Assembly: GCF_004010195.1 (NCBI RefSeq)
Contig: NC_057756.1
Coordinates: 4,823,164 to 4,852,569 of the forward strand
Direction: 5' to 3'
Source of the DNA: Chiloscyllium plagiosum
Taxonomy: Eukaryota
Length of the DNA: 29,406 bases
In this document: positions 21,255 to 29,406 of the stretch, piece by piece
How positions within the stretch are numbered: the first letter of the stretch is position 1
Layout of the letters: each line of letters begins with the position of its first letter
Notes under the pieces: model-generated
Seen by the model: only the letters and a program-made list of their open reading frames with translations
What the model was told of the DNA's origin: nothing
Database searches by the model: none
Translations under genes and position numbers: made by a program

Positions 21255-22060
21255 TAGGATTAGGAACTGGCTTTCTGTTAGAAAGCAGTGAGTGGTGGTT
21301 GATGGAAAATATTCAGCCTGGAGTCCGGTTACTAGTGTATGCCACAAGGATCTGTTTTGGGACCTCTGCTGTTTTTCATTTTTATAAATAACTTGAACGC
21401 AGACATAGGTGAATGGATTAGTAAGTTTGCAGATGACACGAAAGTCGGTGGAGTGGTGGACAGTGGGGAAGAATGCTGAAAGTTGCAGGGGGACAAGGAT
21501 AAACTGCAGATTTGGGCTGAGAGGGGGCAAATAGAATTGAATACAGATAAATGTGAGGTGATTCAGTTTGGGGAAGAATAACAGGAAGGCAGAATATTGG
21601 GTCAATGGAAAGATTCTTGGTAGTGTGGATGTGCAGAGGGATCTTGGTGTCCATGTATATAGATACCTGAAAGTTTCCACCCAGGTTGATAGTGATTAGA
21701 TTAGACTACATTACATTACAGTGTGGAAACAGGCCCTTCGGCCCCACACCGACCCGCCGAAGCGCAACCCACCCATACCCCTACATTTACCCCTTATCTA
21801 ACACTACGGAAAATTTAGCATGGCCAATTCATCTGACCTGCACATCTTTGGACTGTGGGAGGAAACCGGAGTACCCGGAGGAAACCCACACAGACACGGG
21901 GAGAACGTGCAAACTCCACACAGTCAGTCGCCTCTTGGTAGTGTGGATGCACAGAGGGATCTTGGTGTCCATGTCCATAGATACCTGAAAGTTTCCACCC
22001 AGGTTGATAGTGCTGTTAAGAAAGCACACAGTATGTTAGGTTTTATTGGTAGAGGGATTT
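21255..22060 (+). mobile_element. CR1 RT fragment (IRNWL...SKFADDTK...) interrupted by HE1 SINE
   Basis: aagtttgcagatgacacgaaa (KFADDTK), QRDLGVHV; similar to 9410-9880. Confidence 0.85.
21695..21932 (-). mobile_element. 5'-truncated HE1 SINE flanked by an 80-bp direct duplication
   Basis: HE1 core and tail as in 6015-6329; flanks 21615-21694 and 21933-22012 match at 76/80. Confidence 0.85.
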
Positions 22061-22061
22061 G

Positions 22062-22293
22062 AATACATCGAGTTAAACCTCATCTACCCCAACCCCCTGA
22101 GAAAAAGAACAGGAAGTGACTTCACCACAGGAAATGGCATCACCACAGGAAATAACATCACCAACCCAACATATTAATAGAAAGCAAGAATTATCAGCAG
22201 TGCTTTGCCTGAGGCCCACTGAAGAAGTTACCTAGTAGGGTGACGAAACATCTGGAAATGAACCTTCCAGCTCAACGAGCAAACCTACATCCA
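22062..22293 (+). mobile_element. Penelope pLTR of a second subfamily with hammerhead motif
   Basis: CCA-CTGAAGA-A-GTTACC-TAGTAG-GGTGAC-GAAA-CATC-TGG at 22216-22255, then ccagctca.cga.ca.acc.ca as at 5284-5308. Confidence 0.7.
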
Positions 22294-22324
22294 AAAAGAT
22301 CCAATTTTTAAAAAAATACTCATT

Positions 22325-23835
22325 GTGACGTCACTGGCTGGACCTCCCTTGAGAAGTGGTGAGCTGCCTTCTTGAACCGCTGCATCCATTTGCTGCAGAT
22401 ACACAACGGAAGAATTTTCAAGATTTTTGACCCAGTGACGCTAAAGGAACATTGATATATTTTCAAGTCAGGATGGCGAGTAGCTTGAAGAGGAACAGGC
22501 AGGGGTTTTGTGTTCCCATGTATCTGCTGCCCTGGTCCTTCTCGATGCTGGTGGTCATGGATTCATTGTCCAAAAGAAGCCTCGGTGAATTTATGCAGTC
22601 CACTTGTAATTGGAACACACTGCTGTTACTGAGCATTGGCGGTGAAGGGAATGAATGTTTATACATTGAGTGCTAATCAAGTGAACGCTCTGGCCTGGAT
22701 GGTGTGGAGCTGCATTCATCCAGGCAAGTAGGCAGTGTTCCATCACACTCCTGACCAGTGCCTTGTAGACAGTAGACAAGCCTTTGGGAGGCAGGAGCTG
22801 AGTTAGTCACTCCAGGATTCCTAACTTCTGAGCTGTTCCTGTAGCCACTATATTCAAATGGCCTATCCAAATCAGAGGAAGAGTGCCTCATCTTCCGCCT
22901 AGGAACCCTCCAACCACAAGGGATGAATGCAGATTTCTCCAGCTTCCTCATTTCCCCTCCCCCACCCACCTTATCTCAGTCCCAACCCTCGGACTCAGCA
23001 CCACCTTCTTGACCTGCAATCTTCTTCCCGACCTCTCCGCCCCCACCCCCTCTCCGGCCTATCACCCTCACCTTANNNNNNNNNNNNNNNNNNNNNNNNN
23101 NNNNNNNNNNNNNNNNNNNNNNNNNNNNNNNNNNNNNNNNNNNNNNNNNNNNNNNNNNNNNNNNNNNNNNNNNNNNNNNNNNNNNNNNNNNNNNNNNNNN
23201 NNNNNNNNNNNNNNNNNNNNNNNNNNNNNNNNATGCATGAATAGCTGATAATGTGCTGCTGGAAAAGTGCAGCAGGTCAGGCAGCATCCAGGGAACAGGA
23301 GAATCGACGTCTCGGGCATAAAACGTCGATTCTCCTGTTCCCTGGATGCTGCCTGACCTGCTGCGCTTTTCCAGCAACACATTTTCAGCTCTTAGCCTGT
23401 TTGGCACACCTTCCTCATTCCTAAAGAAGGGCTTATGGCTGAAATGTCGATTCTCCTGCTCCTTGGATGCTGCCTGACCTGCTGCGCTTTTCCAGCAACA
23501 CATTTTTCAGTTCTGGTCAATAGCAACTTGGATGTTGGTAGTGGGGGATTCAGTGACACTAATGCCATTAAATGTCAATGAAATGAAGGCTAGATACTCT
23601 CTTGTGTGGTGCAAACTGTATTTGCCGTTTGTCATCCCAAGCCTGGATATTGTCCAGGTCTGGTGGCATTTGAACATTGGCTGCTTCAGTATCTGAGGAT
23701 TCACGAATGGTGCTGAACACTGTGCAATTTTCGGCAAACATCATCACTTCTGACCTGATGATAGAGAGAAGATCATTGGTAAAGCAACTGAGGATAGTTG
23801 GGCCTCAGGTAGTATGTTGAGGAACTATTGCAAAT
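22325..23835 (-). mobile_element. Old CR1-clade LINE 3' half, interrupted by a PLE at 22873-23507
   Basis: Minus strand at about 23700-23835 encodes degenerate VPQ...GPTI.SCF.NDL.S.IRSEV.MFA; YKALVRSVME at about 22730-22770. Confidence 0.6.
22873..23510 (+). mobile_element. Neptune-type PLE 3' end: GIY-YIG C-terminus, pyrimidine-rich UTR and rearranged terminal repeats
   Basis: 22875-22946 translates as EEECLIFRLGTLQPQGMNADFSSF (E..I..L.T..P.G.N endonuclease C-terminus). Inverted arms at 23245-23390 and a degenerate hammerhead CTAAAGA-AGGGCTTATGGCT-GAAATGTC at 23421-23448. Confidence 0.7.
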
Positions 23836-24386
23836 CAGCCTTTGACTTGGCATGACTGACCTCCAACAAGTGCAACTCGATTCCTTTGGGGTATGAATGC
23901 AACCAGCAGCGAGTTTTGCATCCACCACCAATTCCCATTTGGACTTTGAATGTCCTCTGCCATTTGATCTGACCCCGGCTGATCGAATTCAGGACTCAAC
24001 CTGACAACCCCAACCTCACGAGTAACCTTTGACCCGCTTGCCACTCCTTAATCTTCTTAAGCTCAGAGTTAAAAATACCCGATGACACGGCTTGCTGAGA
24101 AAATAAATTCCACAGCCGAATGATCCTCTAACAAAAACAAGGATTCACCTCATTTCCCTCTTAGACAGGGGTCCCCTTTTTCTTGGACAGTGCCCCCTCA
24201 GTCTAGTCTGTCCCAACTGGGTGATCCAATGTGACCCCACAAGATCCTACAACCAGCAGCTAAAATCTAGTTGATGGAAGCAGGTAGGCCCACAAGGAAT
24301 ATTTCTCACCAATGCTGAATAATGGATCCTTAATGCCAGGGGTCTGTGTTGAGCTTTTGGGATATCCTGACCTTAGCAACATGCTC

Positions 24387-24731
24387 TAGAGAATAGAATC
24401 CCGACAGGGTTGAAACAGGCCATTTGGCCCAGCAAGTCCACACCGACCCTCCGAAGAGTAACCCACTCGGACCCATTCCTTTATCCTATTACTTTACAGT
24501 TCCCCTGACTAATGCACCTAACCTACACATCCCTGAACACTACGGGACAATTTAGCATGGCCAATGTACCCAACCTGCACAGCTTAGGTGAAAACTGGGA
24601 CACCGGAGGAAACCCATGCAGACACGGGGAGAATGTGCAAACTCCACAGAGACAGTCGCCCGAGGCTGGAACTGAACCCAGGTCCCTGGCGCTGTGAAGC
24701 AGCAGTGCTAACCACCCAGTCACCATGCTGC
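24387..24731 (-). mobile_element. HE1-type SINE
   Basis: Full tRNA-like head, core and tail homologous to 6015-6329. Confidence 0.85.
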
Positions 24732-25319
24732 TGTGTGTCCCTCTGTCTAATGGAGATGAGAACAGGGTCCTGGGAAGATGGGGACTTAACTTGAACTGCC
24801 TCATCGTCAGGAACTGAGGGATAGGCAAAAACATCTCAAACCCTTCTCTGAGTCTACCCCTCCATTACTGGAGCATCACCAGCATGTACATGTTGACCCT
24901 GCGAGGTGACCCAATGCAGTACTCTTTTCGCCCATTCATTCTGACTGAGAGGAAACCTATATTCTCAGATTTCCAAAAGGTTTTGGATTGGGTGCCATGT
25001 CCAGAGATTGTCCAGTGATCATTAATCTAAGGACATTCAAGAACCAAATCAATGAGCACCTTTGAGATGTTCCAAATGCTCTTTAGCTAATAAAGTGGAT
25101 CTAAGCTCCTGCCATGAGTGTAATGAAGGAAATGTGGCAGCTAATCTGTGCACAGCAAGCTCCCACAAATGACAATGTCATGAATGTCCATTTCAGTAAT
25201 GTTCGCGGAGAAATATTACTGTGGAGCAGTTCTCCATTTATCTTTCAAATAGGGTCGCAGAATGTTTTTGTGTTGAGCTGTCAGATTGTCCAAAAGGCAT
25301 TGCCTCCACTAATCTAGCA

Positions 25320-25800
25320 CTCCCACTGAACTATCTTTCTGTCCGAGGCTACAATATTCCCTCACTGATGCCCTCCTGAAAGTGCAGCAGACTCTTCACG
25401 CTGACCCTCTCACCAGGGCAGTGCTCCCCTAGTATTGAAATTCTTACCTTGAGGTAGTGCAGCACTACTGAACATATGAGAGAATAGCAGTCTCTCCATA
25501 CTGACCTTCTGTTAGTGCAATGCTCGCTCAGTATTGATGTGTCAGTGCAGTCCTCCTATTGTATTAATGCTCTGGCTGTTTAGTGTTCCCTCAGCGATGA
25601 TCCTCTGTCAGTGCAATGTTCCCTCAGTATTGACCCCCTGTTAATGCAGTGCTCCCCCAAGGATCCACTCTCAATTCAGTGTTCCCTTGATGCTGACTCT
25701 CCAATAAGGTAGTCCTTTTTTGCTGATTTGATGTTCTTTCAGTATTAATCACTCAATGACCTCATAGTCTCTGACAATGTACATCCCCTTCAATGCAGGA
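25320..25800 (-). repeat. Highly degenerate 33-bp minisatellite, opposite orientation to 27435-28650
   Basis: Recurring cagtattgacc.....cagtgcag.gctccct units. Confidence 0.6.
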
Positions 25801-25923
25801 CTCTTTCACCCATTCATTGTGACTGAGAGAGAACCTGTACTTCTCAGATTTCCAAAAGGTTTTGGATAGGTTGCCACACAATCACAAAGTAAATGTTAAT
25901 AAATTAGCATGAGTAGAGGATAA

Positions 25924-26055
25924 GAAGAAAGTGAGGACTGCAGATGCTGGAGATCAGAGTGGAGACTGCGGTGCTGGAAAAGCACAGCAGGTCAGGCTGC
26001 ATCCCAGGAACAGTAGAGTCGACGTTTCGGGCAAGAGCCCTTCTAGAGGAATGAG
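25924..26055 (-). mobile_element. Neptune-like PLE 3' end with hammerhead motif (core mutated)
   Basis: Minus strand reads CTCTAGA-AGGGC-TCTT-GCCC-GAAA-CGTC at 26021-26048. Confidence 0.65.
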
Positions 26056-26079
26056 GATTGTTTACAGATACAAAGAAAA

Positions 26080-26910
26080 GCGAGATTGTATAAATGAGCA
26101 ACTTTCAAGTTGGCGTCCTGTGCCTAGCGGAGTGTGGCAGGATCAGTGCCCATGTTTCATCGGTTTGCCATCTCTGTTAACGCCTTTGCCCAATGCAGAG
26201 TTAAAAGAGAATATAAGCTGTGAGAGGGCACAAAAACATCCTGCAAAGAGGCATAGAGGAATGAAGTGAGTGGGCACAAAGGTGGACTATAATATGGGGA
26301 AGTGGGAGGTTATTCGTTTAAGCAATAAGAACAGAAAGGCAGAATGGTTTCATTCTTACAAACATCACTGGCAACTACTGAAATTCCAGAAGACTTGGGC
26401 ACACCCCTGGAAGGAACGTATATTGTCGCAAGGGGTTTGGAGAACCAAGAAAGAATGGAATGAGATATTCCTGGATGAGACAACAATCAGAGCATTGTCT
26501 CTATATCAAAGGAAGGATGGAGGTCAAGGTTCACTAAATTATTTCCCAGGATGGGAGGATGTCCTCTGAGGGGGGAGCTGTTTGAATTGGGGTTCAGGAA
26601 GATACTACCTCATCGATATACGTAAGACGCTGATGAAGCTTGACTGGGTTAAAACTGAGAGACGGTTTCTTGCCTTGCTAGGGACTCGAGAACGCAAAGT
26701 CCCAGGAAAAGAAATGACCCTTTTGCCCTCAGTGCAAAAGACACATCTTCACTGAACGCTTGTCATTGCTGAATCTCTTTCAGGCTGGGATAGGCAAGAA
26801 TCAAGGGAGTGACTAGGTAGGGTAGTGTTGAAGCCAAAGAACAACCACGGAACAGGACAGCAGATCCGAGGGGCCGAAGGGTGCTCTCCTGCTCCTATCT
26901 GGCTGTCCTG
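26080..26910 (+). mobile_element. Very old CR1-type LINE 3' fragment
   Basis: Degenerate SSWRPVPSGV.Q and NMGKWEVI..S.KNRKA; 3' end gaggggccgaa...ctcctgctcctat. Confidence 0.5.
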
Positions 26911-27434
26911 ATGACCTTGCATTTGAACTTTCACACCTGATTTTTATCTGTTTCGAAACTCCCACACAACACCCTCAGCAGAGCCAACAATTCATGTCAA
27001 GATTGAAACCCTCTTCACAGCTCACCACCAGTAACCACAACCTACGTCACCACATGCACATCCGTCCAGATGATGATCAATCCTTGCCAATGCCAGAAAT
27101 CTTAACTGAACAGATTTCTTTTCAGTCTCTTTTCTGTTGAGGTTACCACAGGTAAACGACCTTTCCAGACTAAATCTGCTGTGTATCAGCGTTTTCAGAT
27201 CTTTATATTTTGAAATTGCAAAATATTGTGACAGTTCGACCAGTCTTTCTGCCTCACTAAATGTCAGCGATTTCTCTCTTTCTGACTGTATCTCTCCCTC
27301 CATCTATTACTGTTTCCTTCACACTTAAACCCCACACTCCAGACACAAGTACACGTTTTGAAACTGCTTTCAGACAAACGGTCAATGCTTCAAAGATTAA
27401 ACAAATTTCAGTCCCAGAACCAAACACAGAGACA

Positions 27435-28650
27435 ATGCTGCGCTGTCAGAGAGTCAGTACTGAGAGATTGCTGCACTATTGGAGGGTCAATACTGAGGAC
27501 TTCCTGTATTGCTGAAGGGTCAGTAAAGAAGGGGGATTGCTGCATTGTTGGACGGTCAGTATTGAGTGATTGCTGCACTGTTGAAGGATCAATAATGTGG
27601 ACGTGCTGTCAAAAGGTCAATCCTGAGGCAGTGCTGCACTGTTGGAGCATCAGTACAGAGGCAGTCACACTGTCAGAGGGTCAGTACTCAGCGGGCGCTG
27701 CACTGTCAGAGGGTCCATAGCAAGGGACTGCTGCATTGTCAGAGATTAATTACTGAGGGAATGCTGCACTGTTAGATGGTCCAGAGTGAAGGAGTGCGCA
27801 CTGTCAGACACTCAATACTGAGGGAATGCTGCATTGTCAGACAGTCATTACTGAGGGAATGCTGCACTGTCATATGGTCAGTAGTGAGGGAGTGCTGTAC
27901 TGTAAGATGGTCCATAGTGAGGGAGTGCTGCACTGTCAGACGCTCATTACTGAGGGAGTGATGCACTGTCAGATGGTCAGTAGTGAGGGAGTGCTGCACT
28001 GTCAGATGGTCAGTAGTGAGGGAGTGCTGCACTGTCAGACTTCATTACTGAGGGAGTGCTGCACTGTCAGACGCTCATTACTGAAGGAGTGCTGCACTGT
28101 CAGATGGTCAGTAGTGAGGGAGTGCTGCACTGTCAGATGGTCAGTAGTGAGGGAGTGCTGCACTGTCAGACGCTCATTACTGAGGGAGTGATGCACTCTC
28201 AGATGGTCAGTAGTGAGGGAGTGCTGCACTGTAAGATGGTCCATAGTGAGGGAGTGCTGCACTGTCAGACTTCATTACTGAGGCAGTGCTGCACTGTCGG
28301 ATGCTCATTATTGAGGGAGTGCTGCACTGTCAGACTTCATTATTGAGGGAGTGCTGCACTGTCAGACGCTCATTACTGAGGGAGTGATGCACTGTCAGAT
28401 GGTCAGTAGTGAGGGAGTGCTGCACTGTAAGATGGTCCATAGTGAGGCAGTGCTGCACTGTCGGATGCTCATTATTGAGGGAGTGCTGCACTGTCAGACT
28501 TCATTATTGAGGGAGTGCTGCACTGTCGGACGCTCATTATTGAGGGAGTGCTGCACTGTCAGATGGTCAGTAGTGAGGGAGTGCCACACGTCGAAGGGTC
28601 AGTACCAATGAGTGCTGAACTGTTGAAGGGTCAGTACTGAGGGACTGCAT
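27435..28650 (+). repeat. 33-bp minisatellite (gggagtgctgcactgtcagaNNNtcaNtaNtga), about 36 units, homogeneous core with degenerate edges
   Basis: Direct reading; 32- and 33-bp variant units. Confidence 0.95.
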
Positions 28651-28655
28651 TGTGA

Positions 28656-28957
28656 GGCCCAGCGGGTTAGCACTGCTGCCTCACAATGCCAGGGACCCGG
28701 GTTCAATTCCAGCCTTGGGCGACTGTCTGCACAGAGTTTACACGTTCTCCCGGTGTCTGCGTGGGTTTCCTCCGGGTGCTCTGGTTTCCAAAGATGTGCA
28801 GGTCGGGTAAATTGGCCATGCTAAATTGCCCGTAGTGTTAGGTGCATTAGTCAGGGGTAAATGTAGGGAAATGAGTCTGGGCGGGTTACTCTTCAGAGGG
28901 TTGGTGTGGACTTGTTGGGCCGAAGGGCCTGTTTCCACGCTGTAGGGAATCTAATCT
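28656..28957 (+). mobile_element. HE1-type SINE
   Basis: B box GGTTCAATTCC, core and gggccgaagggcctgtttccacgctgtagggaatctaatct tail. Confidence 0.87.
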
Positions 28958-29239
28958 ATAGAGGAACAAAAGCTGGAAACTGAAGTCAGTGTATTCAAAC
29001 CTTTGTTGACCATGTCTACACAATGGATCAGATGCCGATAGACGGATGTCAGTGTCCAAGAGTGTATTTAACAAATCTATATGTTGTGGTTCAAGCTTTG
29101 AAACAAATCTCACCTCCAATGATTTAGATGTTTCCAACTTTCCCTTTTGACACTTTATAACCGATGGCAAAAGCACATTTGAAAAGTCAAACCAGCAGGA
29201 AGATTTATTTTACATGTTACTGGACCTGGGGTTATAACA

Positions 29240-29406
29240 CGCCGACATCGGGGTCCGCGACTATCGGGAATAACACCGCTTCTGCCGTCGTCGCAGCCAC
29301 TTCCGCCCCCTGGGTTGCCATCGCCGCAGCCACTTCCGCCCCCAGTGACATCACTCACCTGCACAACGACCACGCCGCATGCGTCTCCGCCCCCACGCCG
29401 AACTCC
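29240..29406. promoter_or_regulatory. Edge of a second CpG-rich promoter, with a probable minus-strand first-exon donor
   Basis: CpG-rich. Duplicated ETS/GC-box module cgcagccacttccgccccc (29292-29310, 29325-29343), NRF1-like CGCATGCG, and minus-strand CAG|GTGAGT (plus actcac 29353-29358). Confidence 0.6.

Noticed and set aside
27435..28650. CRISPR-like array, or Cys/His-rich repeat ORFs (RECCTVR, VLHCQ, VQHSL)
   Set aside because: The variable parts are only about 10 bp and recur, so there are no unique spacers. There are no cas genes and the context is vertebrate. The ORFs arise because the 33-bp unit is a multiple of 3.
28886..29176. 96-aa minus-strand ORF near the right-hand promoter
   Set aside because: No recognisable homology, non-ATG start, and it runs into a HE1 SINE.

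Overview
Vertebrate, almost certainly shark (elasmobranch), genomic DNA, judged from HE1-type tRNA SINEs, CR1/HER1-like LINEs with esterase ORF1 and a 33-bp minisatellite. Repeats fill most of the window. The one clear host gene is a CLDND1 (claudin domain containing 1)-like gene on the minus strand. Its first coding exon is 14291-14614, and a probable non-coding exon 1 sits in a CpG-rich promoter at about 16.4-17.0 kb. Downstream exons were not found, so 1-14290 is probably one large intron. That intron holds a nested stack of retroelements: a near-full-length CR1 containing a HE1 SINE fragment, a palindromic Penelope-like (PLE) non-autonomous element, a Penelope RT/GIY-YIG element with an inverted duplication, and an antisense CR1 that itself carries a HE1 SINE. 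The most notable non-obvious signals are: (i) about ten minimal hammerhead-ribozyme motifs in the PLE termini, one fully intact at 5233-5272; (ii) a 758-bp solo LTR with triplicated enhancer-like repeats upstream of the cldnd1 promoter, in sense orientation; (iii) a GC-box VNTR in that promoter; (iv) unusual duplications at insertion sites (80 bp around a SINE, 21 bp around a 25-bp insert); and (v) a second CpG promoter or first exon at the right edge. All calls were made by eye and no database searches were run. Assembly gaps lie at 3874-3940, 16710-16842 and 23076-23232.
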